Below, one piece after another: positions 35,388-44,245 of a stretch of DNA of 64,000 nt (within the stretch, counting starts at the first letter, position 1; each line of letters starts with the position of its first letter). The DNA comes from an uncultured Tepidisphaeraceae bacterium (GTDB lineage Bacteria; Planctomycetota; Phycisphaerae; Tepidisphaerales; Tepidisphaeraceae): contig CAZXLA010000001.1 in NCBI GenBank assembly GCA_964641895.1, positions 18,842 through 82,841 on the forward strand, given 5' to 3'. Position numbers and translations under genes: made by a program. The notes under the pieces are model-generated. The model was not told the DNA's origin. It made no database searches and saw only the letters and a program-made list of their open reading frames with translations.

Positions 35388-36893
35388 ATGCCAATTCTCT
35401 TTGAAATCTACCGCGACGGAAAGCGACTCACGCAGTTTTCGCCTGTAAACCCGGTGGCAATGGGGCCTGAAAGCGTGCCCATTCCCGGCGAAGTGACATT
35501 CGAGAACGGCCAACTACGCCTCAGCCGAACCGACGAGCACGCGGTCGGCCTGTCGCTTCTTTGGGAAGTGAATGCGAACGGGTGTTATCACCTGGAGACG
35601 ACGCGCCTGCTGCCGCGCGCCGCGCCGTATAACCTTAACGTCGAGCTCGCCCGCTGCCGTTTGATGAAGATCGTGCAGAAGCAGGAAGATTGGAACCTAT
35701 TCGACTTTCCGCGCGCCGATCAGTTCGCCGCCATGTTTCGGGACGCTCAGGACCTGTTCGCCGATGCGCTGGGCAAGCTGCACGAACCGGCAGCGGCGGC
35801 GCAACTGGCTGATCAATCGCTGGCGATCGCGATCGATCTTTCCGAGCAGCTCGCGAGTTTTCATGGTGAATTGCTCCTGAACCGCCGCCGAGCCACCGGC
35901 GGCATTCCGCGGCATGTGTTCGGCTGCCGGGTGGATTCGACGATCCAGAACCAGCGTTACAAAGATACGATCACTGAGCAGTTCGATTGCGCTGTATTGC
36001 CGATGAGTTGGAAGCAACTTCAGCCGCAAGAAGATAACTTTGTCACCGAGCCGGTGGATGAGTGGGTGGAGCAACTTAGTCGCAAGCGCATTCCGATTAT
36101 CGCCGGACCTCTGGTGGATTTATCGGATGGCGGGATGCCCGACTGGTCGTTCATCTGGGAGCACGATTTCGATACGCTGCGCGAACTTGCGTATGAGTTT
36201 GTGCAGAAGGTTGTCCACCGCTATCGCAAAGCCGTCAACGTGTGGAACGTGGTGGCGGGGCTGCACACCAGCAACCATTTTACGCTGTCGTTCGAGCAGA
36301 TAATTGAGCTTACACGATTGCTCGTGGCGCAAGTGAAGACGCTGCTTCCCAATGCGCGAACGCTTGTCACGGTCACCGAACCCTACGGCGAGTATCACGC
36401 CAAAGGCCACAGCAGCGTTCCGCCGATGCTGTACGCCGAAATGGTGGCACAGGCCGGCGTGAATTTCGACGCCTTCGGCCTAGAAATTCAGATGGGCGTC
36501 CCGCGGGCAGGCTCATTTACGCGGGATTTGTTTCAGATCAGTTCGATGCTCGACCGTTTCAGCACGACGGGTCGCCCGGTGTTTGTGACCGCCGTGACCG
36601 TGCCGGATCGCCAGGACCCGGATCCGAATGATAAATCAGACGGCACACTCAACCCCGCCGCCGCCGGTCGGTGGCATCGGCCGTGGGATCCGAATCTGCA
36701 GGCCGAATGGATTGATGCGGTGTATCGGCTCATGCTCAGCAAGCCGTACATTGAATCCATCGCGTGGGGCGACCTGGCCGACATCAACCCGTCCTTGCCG
36801 GGCGCGGGGCTGCTGGATGACATGCTCAAGCCCAAGCCGTCGTTCAAGAAGATTCAGGAAATGCGCGACCAGTTTCATCGCCTCAAGCGATAG
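35388..36893 (+). CDS. hypothetical protein with GH10-like TIM-barrel motifs (possibly non-catalytic)
   Basis: HRYRKAVNVWNVVAGLH resembles the GH10 block rYkg....WDVVNE, but with the acid/base Glu position replaced. FGLEIQMG resembles the ITELD nucleophile block. Assignment is tentative. Confidence 0.4.
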   Translation: MPILFEIYRDGKRLTQFSPVNPVAMGPESVPIPGEVTFENGQLRLSRTDEHAVGLSLLWEVNANGCYHLETTRLLPRAAPYNLNVELARCRLMKIVQKQEDWNLFDFPRADQFAAMFRDAQDLFADALGKLHEPAAAAQLADQSLAIAIDLSEQLASFHGELLLNRRRATGGIPRHVFGCRVDSTIQNQRYKDTITEQFDCAVLPMSWKQLQPQEDNFVTEPVDEWVEQLSRKRIPIIAGPLVDLSDGGMPDWSFIWEHDFDTLRELAYEFVQKVVHRYRKAVNVWNVVAGLHTSNHFTLSFEQIIELTRLLVAQVKTLLPNARTLVTVTEPYGEYHAKGHSSVPPMLYAEMVAQAGVNFDAFGLEIQMGVPRAGSFTRDLFQISSMLDRFSTTGRPVFVTAVTVPDRQDPDPNDKSDGTLNPAAAGRWHRPWDPNLQAEWIDAVYRLMLSKPYIESIAWGDLADINPSLPGAGLLDDMLKPKPSFKKIQEMRDQFHRLKR

Positions 36894-36902
36894 ATTCCTA
36901 CA

Positions 36903-37331
36903 ATGCCCGGTTCTTCCGACACTATCGCCTGGATGCCGCCGCAGCGGCGCGTTTTGCTCCTGCTGACGACGGTGGTTGTGCTCTACATCGGATTCCGTCT
37001 GCTTCGCGACCGTACGACAGTGGCGGATTCACCCCCGCTACGCGGCGCGCGCCTGTACGAGCTGCGCGACCGGATCGATCCAAACACCGCCGACATCGCC
37101 ACGCTCGCGGCGCTGCCCGGATTGGGCGAGAAGCGCGCCACCGATATCGTCAACCTCCGCGAGCAACTGGTTCGAAAGTCGCCCGGTCGTCCGGCATTTG
37201 CCCGGCCCGAAGACCTGCTCAAGGTTAGCGGCATCGGCGCCGTGATGATGATGCAATTGACGCCCTACCTGGTCTTTCCCTCCGCCAACACTGCGACAAC
37301 GAAAGCGGGAACCATAGATGAACACAAATGA
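36903..37331 (+). CDS. comEA: ComEA-family helix-hairpin-helix DNA-binding protein
   Basis: N-terminal TM segment, IDPNTADIATLAALPGLGEKRATDIV and EDLLKVSGIGAVMMMQLTPYLVF (two HhH motifs). Confidence 0.8.
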   Translation: MPGSSDTIAWMPPQRRVLLLLTTVVVLYIGFRLLRDRTTVADSPPLRGARLYELRDRIDPNTADIATLAALPGLGEKRATDIVNLREQLVRKSPGRPAFARPEDLLKVSGIGAVMMMQLTPYLVFPSANTATTKAGTIDEHK

Positions 37332-37402
37332 ACACAGATAAACGTTGGGTTTTAAAGTGGTAAGCCACTCTCTCATCCGTGTCGATCTGCGTTCGTCTGT
37401 GG
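37316..37402. repeat. GCAGATGAAC-family array hairpin
   Basis: AGATGAACACAAATGAACACAGATAAACG faces CATCCGTGTCGATCTGCGTTCGTCTGTGG around an inner hairpin GTGGTAAGCCAC. The comEA stop codon lies inside the left array. Confidence 0.8.
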
Positions 37403-37444
37403 TTTCAGATTTCTCGGGCATACAATCAAGGTTGGAGGTGAGCC

Positions 37445-39517
37445 GTGGCCGATTTTGAAGTTGTCAGCTCCTATAAACCGCAGGGCGATCAACCGCAGGC
37501 GATCGAAAAACTGGTTGAGTCGATCAACGGCGGGAAGAAGTACAACACGCTCATGGGCGTGACGGGATCGGGCAAAACCTTCACGATGGCGCACACCGTC
37601 GCGCGGCTGAATCGGCCGACGCTGGTCATCAGCCACAACAAGACGCTGGCGGCGCAGCTTTATGAGGAATTTAAAGACCTGTTTCCAAACAACGCCGTCG
37701 GCTATTTTGTCAGCTACTACGATTACTATCAGCCCGAAGCGTATATTCCGCAGCGGGATATCTATATTGAAAAGGACGCGAGTCGTAATGACGACCTCGA
37801 TCGCCTGCGTCTGAGCGCCACCAGCCACTTGGTCAGCCGCAGAGACGTGCTTATCGTCGCGTCCGTTTCCTGCATCTTCGGCCTGGGTTCGCCCGAGAGC
37901 TATCAGCGGTCGGTCATTCCTATTTTAAAAAACGAGCCGATCGACCGCGACGAACTGCTGCATAAACTGATTGACCTGCAATACAGCCGCAACGACATGG
38001 ACTTTAAACGCGGCACCTTCCGCGTCCGCGGCGACGTGGTTGAACTGCATCCGAGTTACGAAGAATTTGCCTACCGTATCGAAATGTTCGGCGACGAAAT
38101 CACGAATATTGATGCCATCAACCCCCTTACTGGCGAACTGCTGGGCAGCCACGAATCAATCTTCATCTACCCGGCCGTTCACTATGTCATGCCCGAAGAA
38201 CGCATCGCCGGCGGGGTGCAGACGATTCGCGAGGAACTCGACCTGCAAGTGATGAAACTCCGCGGGCACGGAAAGCTGCTGGAAGCGCAACGGCTGCTGG
38301 CGCGGACGAAATACGACTTGGAGATGATTCAGGAAGTGGGTTTCTGCAGCGGGATCGAAAACTACAGCCGGCACTTCGACGGCCGCAAGCCGGGCGAGAA
38401 GCCGTTTACGCTCGTCGATTACTTTCCGAAAGATTTCCTGCTGGTGGTTGATGAGAGCCACGTCACGCTGTCGCAGATCAAAGCGATGTACAACGGCGAT
38501 CGGCAGCGGAAAGAAGTGCTGGTCGAACACGGCTTTCGCCTGCCCAGCGCGCTCGATAACCGCCCGCTAAAGTATGAAGAGTTTTCAGCGATGATCGGCC
38601 AGGCGGTTTACGTTTCGGCCACGCCGGGAAAGGAAGAACTGGAGCATTCCTGCGGCGAGGTGGTGGAGCAGCTCATCCGGCCGACGGGCCTGATCGATCC
38701 AGAAATTATTGTTCATTCGGCCCAGGGACAGGTGCCTCACCTGCTGGAACAGATCAAAGTGTGTGTCGAGAACGGCACCCGCGCACTGGTTACCACGCTC
38801 ACGAAGCGCCTGGCGGAAGACTTGAGCGCCTACATCCAGGAGGCCGGCTTCCGCGGGCGGTATCTGCATAGCGAGATTCAGACCATCGAGCGCGTGGAAA
38901 TCTTGAACGATCTACGTCGCGGCGAGTTTGATGTGCTGGTCGGCATCAACCTGCTGCGCGAAGGGCTTGATCTGCCTGAAGTATCGATGGTCGCCATTCT
39001 TGATGCCGACAAGACCGGCTTCCTGCGCTCAGAAACGTCGCTCGTCCAGACCATCGGCCGCGCCGCCCGGCATGTCGGCAGCAAGGTGTACCTCTACGCC
39101 GACACCATTACCCCCGCCATGCAGCGTGCCATGGATGAAACCTCGCGCCGGCGCACCCTGCAACGGGAATACAACACCAAAAACGGCATCACGCCGCAAA
39201 CCATTCAGAAGGCGATTCACAGCAACATCGAAAGTGAGATTAAAGCCCGCAAGACGACCGCCGAAGCCATCAAGGCCGACGAGGTCACGATGGACAACAC
39301 CGAACTGCTTAAGATTCTGGAAGAAGAAATGCTTCAATCGGCGCAGAATCTGGAGTTCGAGCGGGCGGCGCAAATGCGCGATCGCATCCAGGAATTGAAA
39401 GGCGCGCCCAGGATCGCGAGCAATAACTTTAACAAGCCGGACCCGACCGACTCGAAGACAAAGATCTGGCAACCGAAGAGCAGCGGCAAGAAGGGGAAGA
39501 AGGGCGTGGCGCGCTAG
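37445..39517 (+). CDS. uvrB: excinuclease ABC subunit B
   Basis: 690-aa ORF. Contains [25 protein letters not shown], the DESH box (VVDESHVT), a beta-hairpin region and the C-terminal UVR domain ([13 protein letters not shown]). Confidence 0.97.
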   Translation: MADFEVVSSYKPQGDQPQAIEKLVESINGGKKYNTLMGVTGSGKTFTMAHTVARLNRPTLVISHNKTLAAQLYEEFKDLFPNNAVGYFVSYYDYYQPEAYIPQRDIYIEKDASRNDDLDRLRLSATSHLVSRRDVLIVASVSCIFGLGSPESYQRSVIPILKNEPIDRDELLHKLIDLQYSRNDMDFKRGTFRVRGDVVELHPSYEEFAYRIEMFGDEITNIDAINPLTGELLGSHESIFIYPAVHYVMPEERIAGGVQTIREELDLQVMKLRGHGKLLEAQRLLARTKYDLEMIQEVGFCSGIENYSRHFDGRKPGEKPFTLVDYFPKDFLLVVDESHVTLSQIKAMYNGDRQRKEVLVEHGFRLPSALDNRPLKYEEFSAMIGQAVYVSATPGKEELEHSCGEVVEQLIRPTGLIDPEIIVHSAQGQVPHLLEQIKVCVENGTRALVTTLTKRLAEDLSAYIQEAGFRGRYLHSEIQTIERVEILNDLRRGEFDVLVGINLLREGLDLPEVSMVAILDADKTGFLRSETSLVQTIGRAARHVGSKVYLYADTITPAMQRAMDETSRRRTLQREYNTKNGITPQTIQKAIHSNIESEIKARKTTAEAIKADEVTMDNTELLKILEEEMLQSAQNLEFERAAQMRDRIQELKGAPRIASNNFNKPDPTDSKTKIWQPKSSGKKGKKGVAR

Positions 39518-39555
39518 GCGATGGATCGGCGATGAAATTGTGCTACTACATTGTG

Positions 39556-40110
39556 CTACACAAAGAACTCCGCAACCTTGCACTGAAACGTCGGCAACGC
39601 CGATTCTCCGGTGATGGTGTCGTTTTCACGCAGCTTGGTCACCGACCCATCGGCCCGGTGAATGGTCACGAGTTTTGATTGCGGATCGACCACCCACACC
39701 GATCTGAAGCCATTGGCAAGATATTCTTCGACCTTGCTGGTCACGTCATATTCAAGATCATTTTTCGAAATCACCTCGGCTGCCAAGTCGGCGGGGATGG
39801 GCATGTAGCCGACATTTCCCAAGGCGGAAAGGCGCTCGGAACGCACCAGCGAAACATCGGGTTTGCGGATGTGGTTGGGATCGTTCTTGAAGCACTGATA
39901 GCCTAACTCGGAATTATAAACTTCGGCTTCCAGCGTTTTGGCCGCAACTAGTTTGAGTAAATAGATGATTTGTCCGCTGATTTTGCTGGATTCTCTGCTC
40001 GCCGTCTTCTCCAAAAGATGTCCATGAACCAGCTCAAACCCCCGCGCGTCGTCGCGCATCCGGAGCAATTCATCAGCGGTGAACGTTGTATTGCCGGCCA
40101 ATGGGCTCAT
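39556..40110 (-). CDS. Uma2-family (DUF820) putative endonuclease
   Basis: FELVHGHLLEK, PDVSLV, PADLAAEVISKND and EEYLANGFRSVWVVDP fit the Uma2 pattern. ATG at 40110 is preferred. Confidence 0.75.
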   Translation of the reverse strand: MSPLAGNTTFTADELLRMRDDARGFELVHGHLLEKTASRESSKISGQIIYLLKLVAAKTLEAEVYNSELGYQCFKNDPNHIRKPDVSLVRSERLSALGNVGYMPIPADLAAEVISKNDLEYDVTSKVEEYLANGFRSVWVVDPQSKLVTIHRADGSVTKLRENDTITGESALPTFQCKVAEFFV

Positions 40111-40214
40111 TGCGGTCAAGCCTCCATGTGTTCGTCGGTTGTTGCGGGATATAATATACACACCAAGTACAATCACCGGCAGTAAAATCTTGCGATTTCA
40201 CCACACAAGCCACC

Positions 40215-41123
40215 ATGCTCAAAACCTTCCCCAACTTCGACGAAATCAAAGAACTCATCGCCTTCGCCAAGCGCGAAGACCTCGGCCCGCAAAACGATGA
40301 TGTCACCAGCCGCCTGACGGTCGCCGACGACGCCGTCGGCGTGGGCACGCTCCTGCAAAAAGACGTCGGTATCGTTTGCGGGCTGCCGTTGGTGGAGATG
40401 ATCTGTCGCGCTTACGACGAGCGCCTGCGCGTCGAGCCGATTCCCGGTTTTCACATGGAGATCATCGAAGGCCGATTCAGCGATCAGCGCCTCACGCCAC
40501 TGGTGCGCATCCGCGGGCCGCGGCGGTCACTCCTGGCCGCCGAGCGGGTGATTCTCAACTTCCTCCAGCATATGAGTGGCGTGGCGACGTTCGCCAACCG
40601 GTTCGTCCGCCGCGTGCAGGGAACCGGCGCGAAAATTTACGATACGCGTAAAACGCTGCCCGGTTTCCGTGCCCTCGATAAATACGCCGTCCGCGCCGGC
40701 GGCGGGCATAACCATCGCGCGGGGTTGTTTGATGCCGTCCTGATCAAAGACAACCACATCGCCGGCGTCGCCGTGCGCGATTTGGCCGACAAGCTCCGAT
40801 CGATCGTCGCGCAAAGCCGCACCGAGCGCGTCGGCCGGGTGGTCGAAGTGGAAGTCGATACGCTGGAACAACTGCGCGAAGTGCTCAAGGTCGACGGCGT
40901 TGACATCATCCTGCTTGATAACATGGACTGCCCGCGGATGATCATCGCCGTCGAAGCTCGCAATCACGCCGGTAAAAAAGGCCAGGTACAACTCGAAGCC
41001 AGCGGGGGAGTGACGCTGGAAACGGTGCGCTCGATCGCCGAAACCGGCGTCGACCGCATCAGCGTCGGCGCGATTACGCATTCGGCACCGGCGCTGGATA
41101 TCGGCCTCGAAATAGAACCCTAG
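40215..41123 (+). CDS. nadC: nicotinate-nucleotide pyrophosphorylase (carboxylating)
   Basis: ERVILNFLQHMSGVAT, YDTRKT.PG.R, AVRAGGGHNHR, LIKDNH and LDNM are quinolinate phosphoribosyltransferase signatures. Confidence 0.95.
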   Translation: MLKTFPNFDEIKELIAFAKREDLGPQNDDVTSRLTVADDAVGVGTLLQKDVGIVCGLPLVEMICRAYDERLRVEPIPGFHMEIIEGRFSDQRLTPLVRIRGPRRSLLAAERVILNFLQHMSGVATFANRFVRRVQGTGAKIYDTRKTLPGFRALDKYAVRAGGGHNHRAGLFDAVLIKDNHIAGVAVRDLADKLRSIVAQSRTERVGRVVEVEVDTLEQLREVLKVDGVDIILLDNMDCPRMIIAVEARNHAGKKGQVQLEASGGVTLETVRSIAETGVDRISVGAITHSAPALDIGLEIEP

Positions 41124-41176
41124 CCCGCATCTCTCGCGCCTTTTCGTGATGTACCTACAGCGCGACGGCGGCCGGG

Positions 41177-41920
41177 CTACAGGGACTTTTTCATCACCAA
41201 CAAATAGTTAAACCCCCGCAGGAAGAAATTCCCCTCCGCCGCGGCCTTGCGGTAGTTGCCCATTTCCAGGGTTTTGTTGTGGCGGACGACGGTGATGATA
41301 TCGACCGGGGTAAAATGCCGGCGCAGGATCGCGAACAGTTCGAAGCCGATGGGGTAAAAGGCTTTGCCGTGCACGTAGCTGTCGCTGACGTAGACGGCCA
41401 TGTGGCGGCCGGGCTTGAGGATGCGGTGGATTTCTCTTGTCACCTGTTCCATCGCGTCGTAATAGGCGGGGTCGGCGGCGTCGAGCTTGCCGATGTCTCG
41501 GGGGTCGTCGCCGTAATCTAAGTGCGTGCCGTACGGCGGATCGATGAAGACGAAGTCGACTTTGTTGGTGAGTTCGGGCGGGAGTGTGCGGGCGTCGACG
41601 CGAAAGATATCGGTTCGAGTGGGGTGGACGTCGTAACCCAAAGCTTTGCGGTTTAAGTCGCGGGCGACATCGAGCGTGGTTCCCGATCCGCAGAAGCAAT
41701 CGACGACGAGTTCTTTTTCTTTCGTGTACCGCTGCAGCAGGTTCCAGATGATGTAGCTGGGCGTAGCGCCCTTGTAGCCGGCGATGCCTTGCTGCGTGCT
41801 GCCGTAATCTTGCGATGGATATTCCCACAGCGTGGTCGGCTGCAGGCGCAGCGGGGGTTTCACCGGACGAGGTCTCTCGGGGCGCGGTTTGTGATGGCTT
41901 ACAGGGCGTTTGTTGTTCAT
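41177..41920 (-). CDS. DNA methyltransferase (N6-adenine or N4-cytosine type), no cognate nuclease adjacent
   Basis: ATPSYIIWNLLQRYTKEKELVVDCFCGSGTTLDVA (SAM-binding FxGxG block) precedes VDFVFIDPPYG (the DPPY catalytic block). ATG at 41920 (MNNKRP) is preferred. Confidence 0.75.
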   Translation of the reverse strand: MNNKRPVSHHKPRPERPRPVKPPLRLQPTTLWEYPSQDYGSTQQGIAGYKGATPSYIIWNLLQRYTKEKELVVDCFCGSGTTLDVARDLNRKALGYDVHPTRTDIFRVDARTLPPELTNKVDFVFIDPPYGTHLDYGDDPRDIGKLDAADPAYYDAMEQVTREIHRILKPGRHMAVYVSDSYVHGKAFYPIGFELFAILRRHFTPVDIITVVRHNKTLEMGNYRKAAAEGNFFLRGFNYLLVMKKSL

Positions 41921-41979
41921 CGCTATCGACTTCCAACCTACAACAAACAACAACCAACACATAACCTCCAACTGACAAC

Positions 41980-42804
41980 CTACAACTCCCGCGGCGGATC
42001 AAGCATCTCCACCACGCGATCAATCTTGCGATGCAGTTCCGTCACGTCGGTCTGCGCTTTGAGATTGATCTGATATTCCAGCTCGTCGCGAATCCGCGAT
42101 CGCTCATTCGCACGGCGCTGCGCATTGAGCACAAGAATCGTCAACAGAATCGACTCCAGCGCGATCAGCAGGCACAGCCAGAAAAACGTGGGCGGATCGT
42201 CATGCCAGACGATTGGTTTGTTCAATTCGAAGTGCTTGACCGTGTGATAAGCGATCCACGCAACGACTAACACGATGTTCAGCACGAAAAACCTGCCGCT
42301 CGATGCAAACCGCACCACCTGATCAACCACTTTTTGCAGCGGCGTGAGTTGATGATCGACTTCCTCATTCACATTTTTCACGGTACGCAGTTTGGCAATC
42401 GATTCGCGTTGCCGGGCGCCCAGAATCGCCACCATGTGCACGGCGGTGGAGGGGTGGCGATCCAGAAAGTCGTAGAACGTCCTGCGATCGAGCGTGATGA
42501 GCGTCGTTTCAATTTCCGTGCGCGCGGTGGCGGTGCGCGGACCGCCATCGAGCAGGGAGAGTTCACCGAAAAACTGCCCGTGGCCCAAGTGGGCGATGGG
42601 AATGTCGTGCCCGGTATCGTCGACGTAACTGAGCAGCACTTTTCCGTGCTGGATGATGAACATTTCGTCGCCGCGTTCGCCGATCCAAAAGATGGTTTCA
42701 TGTGACGCAAACTTGCGGTGTTTCATGACCTCGACGAGTTCGGCGCGGTCTTGTTCGGTGAGTTCGCTGAACAGCGGTATGGGTCGAAGCAGATCCTGAT
42801 CCAT
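41980..42804 (-). CDS. cyclic-nucleotide-binding domain protein with C-terminal DUF1003-like two-TM region
   Basis: LFSELTEQDRAEL...FGELSLLDGGPRTATA is the cNMP-binding phosphate-binding cassette. It is followed by two TM helices and a charged C-terminal helix. ATG at 42804 is preferred. Confidence 0.8.
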   Translation of the reverse strand: MDQDLLRPIPLFSELTEQDRAELVEVMKHRKFASHETIFWIGERGDEMFIIQHGKVLLSYVDDTGHDIPIAHLGHGQFFGELSLLDGGPRTATARTEIETTLITLDRRTFYDFLDRHPSTAVHMVAILGARQRESIAKLRTVKNVNEEVDHQLTPLQKVVDQVVRFASSGRFFVLNIVLVVAWIAYHTVKHFELNKPIVWHDDPPTFFWLCLLIALESILLTILVLNAQRRANERSRIRDELEYQINLKAQTDVTELHRKIDRVVEMLDPPREL

Positions 42805-42920
42805 GCGTTGCGACTTTATCGCAGAAACGCCAAAGCCGCGAACGGGTGTCGGCGCCGTTCGCGGCTCGATTGCGAACACCGGCAAAATTTAGGGTGTCAG
42901 ATGTTATGCCCGTTGCAGTG

Positions 42921-43358
42921 CTAAGCTCGGCCGTAGATGTAATCGTTCAGGAAGTGAATCTGCATCGCTTGTTCGCTGGCATGACAGGCGTTCACGTCGC
43001 CGATGCTGATGAGGCCGTGCAAATGCCCGCCGGAGTCGATGACGGGAAGGTGCCGCACGCGCCGCTGCTGCATGATGGCCGAGACCTCGTCCATTGTGGT
43101 TTCTGGGCGGCAGAGGACGACTTCGCGCGTCATGGCATCGCCCACAGTGCAATCGCTCGGGTTGAGGCCTTCGCCGAGCACGCGTCGCAGCACATCGCGT
43201 TCGGTGAAGATGCCGGTCACCTGGTCATCGGTCATGACCATCAGCGCGCCGATTTTATGGCGGTTCATCTGGAGAATCGCATCAATGACCTTGGCGGAAG
43301 CGGTAGTGCAATAAACGCCCCCGCCCTTTTCCCGCAAGATATCCATAGCCGTGTGCAT
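42921..43358 (-). CDS. CBS-pair domain protein
   Basis: Two CBS motifs (IGALMVMTDDQVTGIFTERDV and VRHLPVIDSGGHLHGLISIGDV). ATG at 43358 is preferred. Confidence 0.85.
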   Translation of the reverse strand: MHTAMDILREKGGGVYCTTASAKVIDAILQMNRHKIGALMVMTDDQVTGIFTERDVLRRVLGEGLNPSDCTVGDAMTREVVLCRPETTMDEVSAIMQQRRVRHLPVIDSGGHLHGLISIGDVNACHASEQAMQIHFLNDYIYGRA

Positions 43359-43570
43359 AAGAAGGCTCCTTTCAATTGGCCTTTCTCCCCGGCCGAGAAA
43401 AATATGTTGACGCAAACGCGTCCTCCTCCGATGTGGCTCACCCAGCATAAGCATGGTGGTCGCGGAAACGCAACATCGTGAAAAACTTATCGAAGTACGT
43501 CCGAGTTTCAGAAGTGCGTTCTCGCACCCATTGTGTGGCCGATCAGCAGCTTTGGGGTAAAACCAAGAGC

Positions 43571-44245
43571 ATGGCCGAGGAAATCTGGATCGCCGTAGAC
43601 AGTTATCTGACCGGGTTGTTCATCGGCTGCGAAGGCGCGCTGGACGGCGCGCTGTCCGACAGAGCCGCCGCCGGGCTGCCGGCGATCAATGTCACGCCGC
43701 CGCAGGGCAAATTGCTGCATTTACTGGCGAAAATGCTTGACGCGAAGAGGGTTCTAGAACTCGGCACCCTGGGCGGGTACAGCACGATCTGGCTCGCCCG
43801 CGCGCTTCCCGCCGGTGGGCGGCTGGTTACGGTCGAGTGCGATCCGAAACACGCCGCCGTCGCGGAAAAGAACTTTGAGCGGGCCGGGTTGATTGACAAG
43901 ATTGATCTGCGGATTGGCAGGGCGATCGAAGTCCTGCCCCAACTCGCCGACGAGGGCGCCGGGCCGTTTGATCTGGTCTTCATCGACGCCGACAAGCCAT
44001 CGACCGTCGATTATTTCCAATGGGCCCTGAAACTCACCCGGCCCGGCAGCGTGATCGTTGTCGACAACGTCATCCGCGACGGCAAGGTCATCGATGCAAC
44101 CAGCCCCGATCCGAGCGTGCAGGGCATCCGCCGGTTTAATGACCTGCTGGCGAAAGAACAGCGCGTCTCGGCAACGGCGATTCAGACCGTGGGCAGCAAA
44201 GGGTACGACGGGTTTGCGATTGCGCGCGTCAATTCAGAACGGTGA
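43571..44245 (+). CDS. class I SAM-dependent O-methyltransferase (family 3, caffeoyl-CoA OMT-like)
   Basis: VLELGTLGGYSTIWLA, the SAM-binding motif FDLVFIDADK and the family-3 layout. ATG at 43571 is preferred. Confidence 0.85.
   Translation: MAEEIWIAVDSYLTGLFIGCEGALDGALSDRAAAGLPAINVTPPQGKLLHLLAKMLDAKRVLELGTLGGYSTIWLARALPAGGRLVTVECDPKHAAVAEKNFERAGLIDKIDLRIGRAIEVLPQLADEGAGPFDLVFIDADKPSTVDYFQWALKLTRPGSVIVVDNVIRDGKVIDATSPDPSVQGIRRFNDLLAKEQRVSATAIQTVGSKGYDGFAIARVNSER

Noticed and set aside
41208-42023. 271-aa alternative-frame ORF overlapping the methyltransferase gene
   Set aside because: The sequence is Arg/Pro/His-rich and low-complexity, whereas the other frame carries the FxGxG and DPPY methyltransferase motifs.
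41980-42804. cNMP-binding domain fused to TM helices as a Pycsar-like defence effector
   Set aside because: Pycsar effectors have this general architecture, but no nucleotide cyclase gene is adjacent (the neighbours are a CBS-pair protein and a methylase). The C-terminal part looks like the widespread DUF1003 module. It is kept only as context for the gene-trio finding.
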